A DNA stretch of 64,000 nucleotides. Source: an uncultured Gammaproteobacteria bacterium. Its GTDB lineage: Bacteria; Pseudomonadota; Gammaproteobacteria; Chromatiales; Chromatiaceae. This document shows, one piece after another, positions 10,395 through 21,187 of this stretch; position 1 is the stretch's first letter; every line of letters starts with the position of its first letter. Below the pieces are notes generated by a model that was given only the letters and a program-made list of their open reading frames with translations, was not told where the DNA came from and did not search any database. Made by a program: the position numbers and the translations under genes. Where the stretch lies: contig CAVOSE010000072.1 in assembly GCA_963698775.1 (NCBI GenBank), positions 4,720 to 68,719 of the forward strand, in the 5' to 3' direction.

Positions 10395-11327
10395 TCAGCC
10401 GTGCCCGATCAACTCGTCGATGTGCGTGCTAACGCTGCGGCCCAACGCGGACAGGCTGTAGCCGCCCTCCAGGCAGGAGACGATGCGCTCGTGGGCGTGG
10501 CGCTTGGCTAGGTCGTGTAGTTGCTGGGTGATCCAGCCGTAGTCCGCCTCGCGCAGGTTGAAGTTGGCCATGTCGTCTTCGATATGACCGTCGAAGCCAG
10601 CGGAGATCATGACCAACTGCGGTCGGAATGCCTCGAGGCGCGGCAGCCAGTCGCGCTCCACCGCGGCGCGAAACGCCTGGCCGTCGGTGCGCGATGGCAG
10701 CGGTATGTTTATGACATTCGGCGCCTTGGAGTCGGCGCCGGAGCCGGGATAGAAGGGGTGCTGAAAGCTGGAGCCGAACAGGATGCGTTCGTCGCCGGCG
10801 ACGATGTCCTCGGTGCCGTTGCCGTGGTGGACGTCGAAGTCGATGATGGCGATGCGCTCTAGGCCATAATGGTCCATCGCGTGCCAGGCGCCGACGGCGA
10901 CGTTGTTGAAGAAGCAAAACCCCATCGCGGCATGGCGTTCGGCGTGGTGACCCGGCGGACGAACGGCGCAGAAGGCGGCATGGTGTTTGTCGGTCATCAC
11001 CAGGTCCACCGCCAGCGTTGCGGCACCGGCGGCGCGCAATGCGGCGTTCAGCGTGCCGTTGCACATGGCGGTATCGCCGTCGACCCAGCTGAGCACGTCC
11101 GGCGCGCTGGGTGCGGCCTCGAAGATCTTGTCCACGTAGTCGGCGTCGTGCACCCGTAGCAGTTGCTCGCGGGTTGCTTTGGGCGCGTCGTAGTGGGTGA
11201 CCAGCATCTCGATGCCCGAGGCGATCATGCGGTCGCTGATGGCATGCAAACGTTCCGGCACCTCCACGTGGTGCGCGCCCATCTGGTGGTCCTGGCAGTC
11301 GTGGTGGGAAATATAGGCAAGGTTCAT
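10395..11327 (-). CDS. Histone deacetylase family (Zn-dependent) protein
   Basis: RPPGHHA, GFCFFNN, DFDVHHGNGT, SAGFD, LEGGY. Confidence 0.95.
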   Translation of the reverse strand: MNLAYISHHDCQDHQMGAHHVEVPERLHAISDRMIASGIEMLVTHYDAPKATREQLLRVHDADYVDKIFEAAPSAPDVLSWVDGDTAMCNGTLNAALRAAGAATLAVDLVMTDKHHAAFCAVRPPGHHAERHAAMGFCFFNNVAVGAWHAMDHYGLERIAIIDFDVHHGNGTEDIVAGDERILFGSSFQHPFYPGSGADSKAPNVINIPLPSRTDGQAFRAAVERDWLPRLEAFRPQLVMISAGFDGHIEDDMANFNLREADYGWITQQLHDLAKRHAHERIVSCLEGGYSLSALGRSVSTHIDELIGHG

Positions 11328-11399
11328 AGGCTGAGTCTATCCGCGGTCATCGATTTTTTTCTGAGCTTAGCCCGTTTTCGCCCTGGAGGGCAGACCCTG

Positions 11400-14078
11400 A
11401 TGCGTCTTACCGATGTCGACCAACTCTTCGCCCCCGAGAATGTTGCGGTGTTCGGTGCCAGCGACCGCGAGTCCTCGGTGGGCGGTATGGTCTACCGCAA
11501 CCTGATCGCGGGGGGTTGTAAGGGCAGTTGTTACCCGATCAATCCGAAGTGGGAGACGGTGGCGGGGAACCGTTGTTACAAAAATCTCGCGGAGTTGGAG
11601 CGCACCGTGGATTTGGCCCTGATCATCACCCCTGCGGAGACGGTGCCGGGAATCCTGGACCAATGCGGCGGCGCCAACGTGAAGGCCGCGGTGGTGCTCT
11701 CCGCCGGCTTCGGCGAGCACGGCGAGCGAGGCGCTACCTTACAGGAGCGGTTGGTGGAGGCGGCACGACGCAACCGCATCCGTGTGCTCGGCCCCAATTG
11801 CCTGGGCGTGATGAGCGTGTCCTACGGCCTCAACGCCAGCTGCATGAGCACGTTGCCCGCGCCCGGCAAGGTCGCGCTGGTGTCGCAGTCCGGTGCGATC
11901 TGTACCGCGATGCTGGACTGGGCGGCACCACGCCAAGTCGGATTTTCGGCCGTAGTCTCGCTGGGTGCCGCGGCGGATGTGGATTTTGGCGACGTGTTGG
12001 ATTATCTGGCGCTGGATCCGCAGACCAATTGCATCTTGCTGTATGTGGAGGGGGTTCGCGACGCTCGCCGTTTCATGAGCGGGTTGCGGGCCGCGGCTCG
12101 GCTCAAGCCAGTGATCGTGGTCAAGAGCGGACGTCAGGCCGCGGGGTCGCGCGCAGCTATGTCACATACCGGCGCCTACGTCGGCTCGAGCGAGGTGTTT
12201 CGCGCGGCGATGGAACGTGGCGGCGGCGTGCGTGTGGACCGGCTTTGGCAGCTGTTCGCGGCAGCACAGGTGTTTGGCGCCGGGCGACGCATGTTGGGCA
12301 ACCGCATTGCCATCGTTACCAATGGCGGTGGGCCCGGCGTGATGGCAGTGGATCGCGCTGTGGAACGTGGTCTGGTGCTGGCGCGGTTCAGCGACGAGAC
12401 GCGCGCCGCGCTGGAGCAGGGACTGCCCGACCATTGGTCGCACGGCAACCCGATCGATGTGATCGGCGATGCGTCTGCGGAACGTTACCGGACCGCCATC
12501 GACGCTGCCCTGGCGGACAACGGCGTCGACGGCGCGTTGGTCCTATTTTCGCCGATGGTCGCCTCGCAATCGACCGCAATTGCCGAGCAGGTGATCGAAG
12601 CGGCGAAGCAGACCCGAAAACCGGTGCTGACTTGCTGGATGGGCGAGGCCAACGTCGCCGAGGCGCAACAGCTGTTGGCGAAGAACGGTGTGCCACACCT
12701 GGGTTCACCGGACCTCGCGGTGGACGCGATGTCCTACCTGTCGGAGCATCACCGCAACCAGAAGCTGCTGATCCAGTCGCCGGGGCCGATCTCGACGCAG
12801 ATCACGCCGGATGTGGACGGCGCGCGGCTGATCATCGAAGGAGTCATGGCCGATGGCCGCAAGATGCTGAGTGCCATCGAGGCCAAGGCGATCCTGTCAG
12901 CGTTTCGCATTCCCACCACACAGGCGGTAATGGCGCGCAGTGCGCACGAGGCGCTGATGGCGGCCGAGGCACTGAGCTTCCCCGTCGTGATGAAGATCGA
13001 CTCGCCCGACATCGAGCATAAGTCCGATGTAGACGGCGTGCGACTGAACCTGAACGACGCGCGCAGCATTCGCAGTGCCTTTGGCGAGATCACCGAGCGC
13101 GCGGCCAAGTTGCGCCCCGAGGCACGCATCGCCGGCGTGACGGTGGAGCACATGGTGCCGACGCGCAATGCGCGCGAGCTGATGGTAGGTGTGACGCGCG
13201 ATCCAATCTTCGGGCCGGTGATCAGCTTTGGTGCCGGCGGTACCGATATGGAGGTGCTCGCAGACCGTTCCCTGGGCCTGCCGCCGCTGAATGCCTTCAT
13301 CATCCAGACGATGATCGAGCACACCCGCGTCGCACGTCTGATGGGGGCCTTCAGCAACATGCCGCCGATGAACCGTCAGGCCCTGTCGAAGGTGCTGCAG
13401 CGCGTCTCGGAAATAGTCTGCGAGCTGCCGGAGATCATCGAAATGGAGATCAACCCGCTGATCGGAAACGACATGGACGTGACCGCGGTGGACGCCCGGA
13501 TTCGCGTCAACTACCGACCGTCGCAGCAGTCGCTGTACGGGCACATGGCCATCCACCCCTATCCCCAGCACCTGATCGAGCGCGTACCGTTGCCGGAGGG
13601 GATCGACCTCACCATCCGCCCGATTCGCCCCGAGGATGCGCAGATGGAGCAGGACTTCGTGCGCGGCCTGTCGCCGCAGACCAAGTACTTCCGCTTCATG
13701 CAGGCGATCAAGGAACTGACGCCGGAGATGCTGGTGCGCTTCACGCAGATCGACTACGACCGCGAGATGGCGCTGATTGGGGTGATCGAAGAAGACGGCC
13801 AGGATATCCAGGTCGGCGTCGCCCGCTACATGTCCCGTCCGGGCGGCGATAGCTGCGAGTTCGCGATCGTCGTCTCCGATCACTGCCGCGGCCGCGGCGT
13901 CGGCGCACGGCTGATGCGCTCACTGATGCAGAACGCCCGCGATCAGGGCCTGCGCATCATGGAGGGCGAGGTGCTCACGGCCAATAACCGCATGTTGGCG
14001 CTGGTCAAGTCACTCGGCTTCCGCATTCAAACAGATCCCCACGACACCAGCGTGAAGCTGGTGACGAAGATGCTGTAA
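11400..14078 (+). CDS. pat: Bifunctional acyl-CoA ligase (NDP-forming)-like / GNAT protein lysine acetyltransferase (Pat/PatZ type)
   Basis: GPNCLG, SQSGA, SHTG, TNGGG, NPID, ATP-grasp HKSDV, DPIFGP, and a C-terminal GNAT domain (RFTQIDYDREMA). Confidence 0.92.
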   Translation: MRLTDVDQLFAPENVAVFGASDRESSVGGMVYRNLIAGGCKGSCYPINPKWETVAGNRCYKNLAELERTVDLALIITPAETVPGILDQCGGANVKAAVVLSAGFGEHGERGATLQERLVEAARRNRIRVLGPNCLGVMSVSYGLNASCMSTLPAPGKVALVSQSGAICTAMLDWAAPRQVGFSAVVSLGAAADVDFGDVLDYLALDPQTNCILLYVEGVRDARRFMSGLRAAARLKPVIVVKSGRQAAGSRAAMSHTGAYVGSSEVFRAAMERGGGVRVDRLWQLFAAAQVFGAGRRMLGNRIAIVTNGGGPGVMAVDRAVERGLVLARFSDETRAALEQGLPDHWSHGNPIDVIGDASAERYRTAIDAALADNGVDGALVLFSPMVASQSTAIAEQVIEAAKQTRKPVLTCWMGEANVAEAQQLLAKNGVPHLGSPDLAVDAMSYLSEHHRNQKLLIQSPGPISTQITPDVDGARLIIEGVMADGRKMLSAIEAKAILSAFRIPTTQAVMARSAHEALMAAEALSFPVVMKIDSPDIEHKSDVDGVRLNLNDARSIRSAFGEITERAAKLRPEARIAGVTVEHMVPTRNARELMVGVTRDPIFGPVISFGAGGTDMEVLADRSLGLPPLNAFIIQTMIEHTRVARLMGAFSNMPPMNRQALSKVLQRVSEIVCELPEIIEMEINPLIGNDMDVTAVDARIRVNYRPSQQSLYGHMAIHPYPQHLIERVPLPEGIDLTIRPIRPEDAQMEQDFVRGLSPQTKYFRFMQAIKELTPEMLVRFTQIDYDREMALIGVIEEDGQDIQVGVARYMSRPGGDSCEFAIVVSDHCRGRGVGARLMRSLMQNARDQGLRIMEGEVLTANNRMLALVKSLGFRIQTDPHDTSVKLVTKML

Positions 14079-14082
14079 CGGT

Positions 14083-14565
14083 TCAGGACGGCGCATCCGG
14101 CCAGAAGTCGCCGTCCAGCAGCTGCTCGATGCTGAAGGGGCAGGACTCGGGAAATCGCGAGTCCGGGAGCCCTGTTTCGGTGATCGCCCGTTCTCTGGCC
14201 AGGGCGTAGCCCTTTGCCACAAGCCCCTCGGCACGGGGTTTCAAGCTCGGGCTGTCCGCGAGGATCTCGTGGATGGCGTGGCGGGCGCTCAATATCGACA
14301 GTCGCCAGCTGCGGCTGCGACGCTCGGGCTGGAACTCCCATTTGAGCATGTGCATGACCAGCACTTGCAGGTGGCTGCCCAGCGCTCGGCGCTCGCTCTT
14401 GCCCATGTCCTCCAACTCCTCGGCCAGATGCTCCACGTCGATCTCGGTTAGCCGTCGTGCGCGCAACAGCGCCGCGTTGTCCTCGGCCCAAGCGACCAGG
14501 TCTACCTCGTAATCGTTGAAGGCGGGTGTCGATGTGGTCGGTGGCAGTGGGTGCAGGTTCGACAT
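14083..14565 (-). CDS. DUF29 family protein
   Basis: YExDxxAW, LAEELEDMGKSERR, HMLKWEFQP, SPSLK, FPESCPFSIEQLLD. Confidence 0.88.
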   Translation of the reverse strand: MSNLHPLPPTTSTPAFNDYEVDLVAWAEDNAALLRARRLTEIDVEHLAEELEDMGKSERRALGSHLQVLVMHMLKWEFQPERRSRSWRLSILSARHAIHEILADSPSLKPRAEGLVAKGYALARERAITETGLPDSRFPESCPFSIEQLLDGDFWPDAPS

Positions 14566-14805
14566 GGCTAGGTGTCTTCCGGGTTGCGGTTGCGGACATG
14601 CTCGCCGATCGGTCGTGTCTTCGCAAGCTGATGGGTTGCACGCCGACGATTCAGGCTCTATCAGAGCAGACCCCGGCGGATGAGGCCGCAGCTTGCCGAA
14701 CCGCAACGGATCGGCGGCATCTGACCGGCACGGGCTCAGCTTTTGAGTCACCCCCCGCGTTAACCTCCGACGACGTGAACTTGGGGGGTGACGATGGGGA
14801 TCAAC

Positions 14806-17280
14806 ATGAACGCCGCGACCGCCGGCACGCTTAGGCCGGGCCTGCGGGACTTGGCCGGTGCGGCGGATGCCGCGGCTGACGGCGACGAGCGGCTCGCGCG
14901 CCTGCTGGCCGGTCTCAAGCGCAAGTACACCGGGCGCATCACCGGTGAGCTGGCGATGCCGGCGCTCTCCGCGCGCTATCTGGACCTGCCCGCCGACATG
15001 CATCCGGACCTGCGCCGGGCGCTGGCGGCGCGCGGACTGGAGCGCCTCTACAGCCATCAGCGCGCGGCCTGGGATCTGGCGCGTGCCGACCGGCACCTGG
15101 TGGTGGCGACGCCGACCGCGTCCGGCAAGACGCTGTGCTACAACCTGCCGGTGCTCGATGCGGTGCTCAGCCGCGGCGCCAAGGCGCTGTACCTGTTTCC
15201 GACCAAGGCGCTGGCCCAGGACCAAGTGGCGGAACTGGCGGAGTTGAATCGATCAGGGCGTGCGGGTGCGCCGGAATTGGGCGTAAAGGCCTTCACCTTC
15301 GACGGCGACACCCCCGGCGATGCGCGCAAGGCGGTGCGCACCCGCGGCGACATCGTGCTGTCGAATCCGGACATGCTGCACCAGGCGATCCTGCCGCATC
15401 ACACCAAATGGGCGCAGTTCTTCGAGTCGCTGGCCTTTGTGGTCGTCGATGAACTGCACAGTTATCGCGGCGTCTTCGGTGCCCATGTGGCCAATGTGTT
15501 TCGACGCCTGAACCGCATCTGTCGCTTCTATGGCAGTGCGCCGCGCTTCATCTTCGCATCCGCCACCATCGCCAACCCGGACGAGCTGGCGTCGAAGCTG
15601 ATCGGCGAACCGGTGGCGGCCATTACCGACAGCGGCGCGCCCCGTGGCGCCCGGCACCTATTGCTGTGGAATCCGCCGGTGATTGATCCGGACCTTGGCA
15701 TCCGCGCCTCGGCCCGCTCCCAGACCACGCGCATCGCCCGCGCGGCGACGAGGGCCGGCCTCAAGAATATCGTCTTCGCCCGCTCGCGGCTGATGGTGGA
15801 GGTGATCACCAAATACCTGAAAGACGTGTTCGACCGCGACCCGCGTCGCCCGCCGCGGGTGCTGGCCTATCGCGGCGGCTACCTGCCGAGCGAGCGGCGC
15901 GGCACCGAACGGGCGTTGCGCGCCGGGCGCGTCGACTGCGTGGTCAGCACCTCTGCGTTGGAATTGGGCGTGGACATCGGCGCGCTGGACGTGGCGGTGC
16001 TGAACGGCTATCCGGGCACCATCGCCGCCACCTGGCAGCGGCTCGGACGGGCAGGGCGGCGCAACCGGCCCAGCCTGGGGGTGCTGGTGGCTAGCAGCGA
16101 TCCGCTGGATCAGTACATGGTGCGGCATCCGGAGTTCTTCCTCGGCCGCTCGCCGGAGCATGCCCGCATCCATCCGGACCAGTTGCTGATCCTGATGGAC
16201 CATGTGCGCTGCGCCGCCTTTGAACTGCCGTTTCAGGATGGCGACCAGTTTGGTGGCGAAGACCTGAACGAGATGCTCAGCTATTTGCGCGACGAGGGCG
16301 TGCTGCAACGCCAGTCCGGAGATGGCGTTGGGCGCTGGTACTGGATTGCCGACAGCTATCCGGCCAATGCCGTATCGCTGCGCTCGGTCGCGGAGGGTAA
16401 CTTCGTCGTCATCGACATCTCGGATGGCAAGCAGACCATCATCGCCGAGGTCGACTACAGCGGCGCGCCGGGGACCGTCTACGAGGGCGCGATCTATATG
16501 GTGCAGTCACAGCCCTATCAGGTAGAGCGGCTGGACTGGACCGGGCGCAAGGCGTTCGTGCGCAAGACCCGCGCCGACTATTACACCGATGCGATCGACT
16601 ATACCCGGCTCAAGATCCTGGAGCGCTTCGACGATTGTCGCGACGCGCGCGCGGCCACCGCTCACGGCGAGGTGCATCTGGTGCGCCGCTACCCCGGCTA
16701 CAAAAAAATCCGCTACTACAGCCACGACAACATTGGCTACGGCAACATCGACCTGCCGGATCAGGAGATGCACACCACGTCGGTCTGGTGGCAGGTGCAT
16801 CCGACGGTGCTCGAGCAGGCCCTGCCCAGCCGCGAGCGGGCCATCGAGGGCTTTCTCGGCGCCGCCTACGCGCTGCATCACGTCGCCGCGCTGCGCGCCA
16901 TGGCCGAGGTGCCGGACCTGGGCCGAGCCGTCGGCGACGGCCAGGGCAGCTGGTTCGCGGTGCTCGGTAACGACGGTCGCGGCCAACTGCGCGGGCCGAA
17001 CAATGAGGCCTTGGACCGCGTGCCGAGCGACCGCTTTGAGCCGACCCTGTTCCTGTACGACAACTTCCCCGGCGGGGTCGGTCTGTCCGCGCCGCTCTTC
17101 GATGCCGCCGTGCAGCTGGTTGCCGATGCCCTCGGCCTGGTTCAGGGCTGCGCCTGCACCGCCGGCTGTCCCGCCTGCATCGGTCCCGTGTTGCCCGGCG
17201 ACGAACAGCGTGTCCAAACGCCCAAGCAGGCGGCCCTGACGGTGCTCTCCCTATTGTCTACGCAAGCTGCCACACCATGA
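14806..17280 (+). CDS. DEAD/DEAH helicase with DUF1998 (MrfA/YprA/Hrq1 family)
   Basis: TPTASGKT, PTKALAQDQ, DELH, SAT, LELGVDIG, QRLGRAGR, C-terminal CxCxxGCPxC. Confidence 0.93.
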   Translation: MNAATAGTLRPGLRDLAGAADAAADGDERLARLLAGLKRKYTGRITGELAMPALSARYLDLPADMHPDLRRALAARGLERLYSHQRAAWDLARADRHLVVATPTASGKTLCYNLPVLDAVLSRGAKALYLFPTKALAQDQVAELAELNRSGRAGAPELGVKAFTFDGDTPGDARKAVRTRGDIVLSNPDMLHQAILPHHTKWAQFFESLAFVVVDELHSYRGVFGAHVANVFRRLNRICRFYGSAPRFIFASATIANPDELASKLIGEPVAAITDSGAPRGARHLLLWNPPVIDPDLGIRASARSQTTRIARAATRAGLKNIVFARSRLMVEVITKYLKDVFDRDPRRPPRVLAYRGGYLPSERRGTERALRAGRVDCVVSTSALELGVDIGALDVAVLNGYPGTIAATWQRLGRAGRRNRPSLGVLVASSDPLDQYMVRHPEFFLGRSPEHARIHPDQLLILMDHVRCAAFELPFQDGDQFGGEDLNEMLSYLRDEGVLQRQSGDGVGRWYWIADSYPANAVSLRSVAEGNFVVIDISDGKQTIIAEVDYSGAPGTVYEGAIYMVQSQPYQVERLDWTGRKAFVRKTRADYYTDAIDYTRLKILERFDDCRDARAATAHGEVHLVRRYPGYKKIRYYSHDNIGYGNIDLPDQEMHTTSVWWQVHPTVLEQALPSRERAIEGFLGAAYALHHVAALRAMAEVPDLGRAVGDGQGSWFAVLGNDGRGQLRGPNNEALDRVPSDRFEPTLFLYDNFPGGVGLSAPLFDAAVQLVADALGLVQGCACTAGCPACIGPVLPGDEQRVQTPKQAALTVLSLLSTQAATP

Positions 17281-17398
17281 GCCAGCCCGGCAGCGCTCCC
17301 TTCTGTAGATGCGGCTTTAGCCGCACGGATTGCTCAGGCGTGCGGCTGAAGCCGCACCTACGTCGTATCTGTTCTCTGACCAACGGTCGGATCTCGGG
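17279..17398 (+). repeat. MITE/REPIN-like element, family A variant
   Basis: GTAGATGCGGCTTTAGCCGCAC ... GTGCGGCTGAAGCCGCACCTAC doublet between AGCCCGGCAG and GGTCGGATCTCGGG ends. Confidence 0.7.
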
Positions 17399-17400
17399 CA

Positions 17401-18648
17401 ATGCCTAGCCTGCGCGAACGCCTACATCGCCTGCGCCCCGATGCGGTAGTCCCTGCAACGCCAGCCAACGCGGAATCCAACAGCCTCGCCGAGCGCCTGC
17501 GACGCCTCGATCCGTCACGCCGTCGCGCGGCAAGTCCCCGCGCGCCCGACGAACAGGCGCTGGCGGATCAGCTCGGCGCGATGATCGTCGCCCCCGGGGT
17601 GCTGTTGCTGGAGCGCAGTCAACCCCTGAATCGTCGACACGGCCGCTTCCGCCTCGCCGACTGCGCCATCGCCATGCCGAAGTTGTTCGCAGATGCTTCG
17701 ACCGATCCCGTCACCTGGGCATTCATCGATACCGAAACCAGCGGTCTGGCCGGCGGCACCGGTACCTGGGCCTTCACCTGCGGGCTCGGGCGAATCGACG
17801 GTGATCGGCTGTTGCTGCGCCAATGGCTGCTGACCCGGCTCGACAGCGAGCCGAGGATGCTGGCATTGCTGGCGGATGCGCTGTCCGATGTCGAGCTGCT
17901 GATCAGCTTCAACGGCAAGTCCTTCGATCTGCCGCTGCTGCAGACGCGCTTGCGTTTGGCACGGCCCGAGATGGATGCAGGCCGGGACGCGGCGAGTCGG
18001 CTCGCGGCAACCGCGCACCTCGATCTGTTGCACCCGTTGCGCCGCGCCTTTGCCAGCCGCTGGCCGGACTGCCGGCTGGCGTCCGCGGAGCAGCGTCTGC
18101 TCGGTTTTCAGCGCGACGACGACCTGCCCGGTGCCGAGGCGCCAGCGGCCTGGCTGGATTGGTTGCGTCGCGGCGACGGTGCGCGGCTCGGCGCCGTGCT
18201 GCGGCACAACCGGCTCGACCTGGTCTCGTTGCTGGCGCTGGTGCCGGCCTTGGTCGCGGTTGAGCACGATCCGTTGGCGAACGGCGCCGATCTCGGCGCC
18301 CTGGCGCGTCATCGGATGCGCCGCGGCGATGCCTGCGGCGCACGGGCGCTATTGCAGGCCGCGCAGCCGCTGCTAATGCCGACGGAGCGCCTGCTGCTGG
18401 CATCGTTGTGTCGCCGCGCCGGCGATTGGGCGCAAGCGCTGGCGCAGTGGGAGCGGCTTGCCGCGGAGCACGAGCCCACCGCGCTGGAGGCCCTGGCCAA
18501 GTACCACGAGCATCGCGGTGGTGACCTGCGACAGGCGCTGGCCCTGGTACAACGCCTGCCGTCGGGGCCGGCGCGTGAGCGCAGGGAACTGCGCTTGTGC
18601 CGAAAGTTGAATGAGGTAGTCTCGACCAAATTGCCTCTGTCTTGTTGA
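17401..18648 (+). CDS. YprB/MrfB-like DEDDh exonuclease (RNase H-like) with TPR-like C-terminus
   Basis: FIDTETSGL, SFNGKSFD, HLDLL, HNRLDL, LAKYHEH; lies downstream of the MrfA-like helicase. Confidence 0.88.
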   Translation: MPSLRERLHRLRPDAVVPATPANAESNSLAERLRRLDPSRRRAASPRAPDEQALADQLGAMIVAPGVLLLERSQPLNRRHGRFRLADCAIAMPKLFADASTDPVTWAFIDTETSGLAGGTGTWAFTCGLGRIDGDRLLLRQWLLTRLDSEPRMLALLADALSDVELLISFNGKSFDLPLLQTRLRLARPEMDAGRDAASRLAATAHLDLLHPLRRAFASRWPDCRLASAEQRLLGFQRDDDLPGAEAPAAWLDWLRRGDGARLGAVLRHNRLDLVSLLALVPALVAVEHDPLANGADLGALARHRMRRGDACGARALLQAAQPLLMPTERLLLASLCRRAGDWAQALAQWERLAAEHEPTALEALAKYHEHRGGDLRQALALVQRLPSGPARERRELRLCRKLNEVVSTKLPLSC

Positions 18649-18937
18649 CGATTTCGATGCCCCGATGCTTAGCAACCGGGCATTCTGGATCGTTAATCTG
18701 GGTTTAGCTCGGCTCTCCGCACGTACCATCGGGGCTGGATCGGCATGAATTCTTCGTCACAGGAGCAGGCGATGAACCTTGTGCGATTTCTGTCAAATCG
18801 CATACCATCTGACTTGTGTTGACGCCCGCCTTCTGTGTCGCACTGGCAGTCACAGAGCTCGGCCATGCTCCTGCCGGAGCTCCTTGAGGGCGAACGTCAA
18901 TACGGCGCTATCCGGTACTAGATTTTCCGGCAATCCC

Positions 18938-21090
18938 TTACTCCGTCACCAACGGCGGGCGCTGCGGCAGTTGAAGCACCGGGCGCGCGTCGGTGAACCA
19001 GTGCATCAGCGGCGAGTCGCCCGCCGGCCACTGCCCTTTGAGCCGGTTGTCCGGCGCACTGCCCGTGAACAGCAGATAGCCGTACTTGCCGTAATGCGGC
19101 AGCTTGCGTGCCAGGCCCGGCAGGGCTGCCACGTCGCCGGCGGCCACCCAGCCCAGCGCTTGCTCGCCGCGCCGGGCGGTCAGCGCGATACTGGTATTGT
19201 CCTGTTCGCCGACTGGTTCGCTGGTCTGGTCCCAACCTGGCAGGCTGACTGCTTGTTGCTCGGTTTCGAGCGCGAAGCCGCTGTCGACGGCGGCCAGTTC
19301 CCCGAGATGACGATTCTCCCAGCCGAACAACCAGACGGGTCGGTCGTCGGGCAGTCGGTCGACGACGTCGTCAGCGGCGACTTGCCAGCCCGGATGGCCT
19401 TGTTGCCAAGCGCTTGCCAGCGCCTGATAGCCGTCGCGCAGCGGTTGCGGTGCATCCGCTGGTAGCAGCATCAGCCCGGTCTCGGCGCCGAACAGGTTGC
19501 TCAGCGCCACCGGCGATTCTTCCGGCAGCAAGCGGCGAAAGGTGTCGAAGCCTGGATCGACCGCGATGCGCACCGGGGCTGCGGGCAGCATGGTATCAAA
19601 GCGAGCGCTGCGGCCGTCGAACTCTACCAGCAGCTCGCGGGGTTCTCCGTGCTCGGTGTGAATGACGACCGGTACGGCCATCGGAAAGGGCGCCTCGGTC
19701 TGAGCCTGATCGACGCTGCCGCTGACCCGATAGCCGCCGTCGGGCTCGCGTGTCATCGCGACCTGACTGAGCGTTAGCTCCGGCGCGCCGGTGCGCTCGG
19801 TCCATGCACGAAGAAGGGTTGCAGATCGCGTTCGCTGACGGTCTCGAAGGCGCCGCGTAGGTCGTCGAAGTCGGCGCTGCGGAATTGGTTGTCGGCGTAG
19901 AAGCGTTGCAGTCCGCGGCGGAAGTCGTCGTCGCCGAGCAGCACCCGCAGCATGTGCATGGTCATCAGCATCTTGCCGTAGCCGATCGCCTGGGAGGCCG
20001 AGCCGTGTCGGCCGCGGAACGCGGTCAGCGGAAAGTCCTCGCCCTCAAGCACGTAATCGGCGTAGGCCTTGAGCTGGTCGCGACGATAGTCGGCACCGCG
20101 GCCGGCGATTTCCTGGTTTAGGTGGTCGGCCAGATAGGCGGTGAGGCCCTCGCTCCAGTTGCCGGCCTGATAGTCGACGTAGACGCCGTTGCCCCACCAG
20201 TTATGCAGGATCTCGTGGGGGTAGGAGCTGTGCAGGATAAATGGCAGCCGCAGCACCTGCGAGCCCAGCAGCGTAAACGACGGCATGCCGTAACCGGTTT
20301 CCCAGAAGTTCTCCACCAGCGCGAACTTTGCGTAGGGATAGTTGCCAATTAGCTCGCTGTAGCGAGCCAGATAATCGGCGGTCGCGTCCAAATAGCGCGC
20401 CGCCAGTGCGTCGTCGGGCAGTCGCAGATAGGCCTGGGCCTCGCCGAACGGGGTGTCTTTTCGGTATAGCTTAAAGCGTGCGGCGCTGAGTTGGATCTCG
20501 TCCTGGGGCTGGTCTTCGCGCCAGCCGATACGCACAGCGCGTCCGGTGTCCTGGATCTCGGGGCCGGCCCCCTGGGAGACGGCGAGCCAGTTCGGTGGCA
20601 GTTCGACGTCGAGCGTGAAGCGCAGCAAACTGTCGGGCAGGCTCGGATACCATCCGGTGTAGCCGCTGAGGAAGACGCCGTCGCGGTCGATGGTGCCTAC
20701 GGACTGTTCGCGGCTGCGACCCATGCCCTCACGCACGCGCCGCATGTCGTGCCGAATGCGTCCGCCGTAGCTGATCGTTACCGGTTCCTGGTTTTTCGGC
20801 GTCAGCCGGAAGCGCTCCAGGTGCTCCTCGTAACCGATGCGTTCGATCACCGCGTTGCCGCTGATGACTTCGGGCTGCAGCCCCTCGTGCAGCCAAAACA
20901 TCACCTGTCGCTTGCTTGCCGGCAATGTCAGCGTGTCGGTGGCACGCAAGCTGCCCTGGTCGGGGTCGATGCTAACGTCGAGGGCATGGCTGACGATTCC
21001 GTCCTCGCCAACCCCCGTCTCGCTAAGGGCGGGGTGCATGAAGATGGCTGTGATCAGCAGCAGTGAAATGAACTTCGCGAATCGTGGCAT
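18938..21090 (-). CDS. Secreted M1-family aminopeptidase with one frameshift near 19810
   Basis: Signal peptide; GYGMPS, HEILHNWWGN, WSEGLTAY, YGKM; continues as AWTERTGAPEL in the 18938..19756 frame. Confidence 0.85.
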
Positions 21091-21187
21091 GGTCGTTGTT
21101 TGCGTCGCTGGTCGGGGATGATCGAACGTGCACAAGAATCTTTCCTGCATCAGCCCCATCATGTAGAGGAACATCTCAGTAATTACA

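Noticed and set aside
14806-18648. DISARM or Druantia defence locus
   Set aside because: No methylase, PLD or SNF2 partners; pairing with YprB fits MrfAB
18772-18822. 16-codon ORF with an AGGAG RBS (MNLVRFLSNRIPSDLC)
   Set aside because: Too short and unsupported; the nearby inverted repeat (18659-18735) is not assignable
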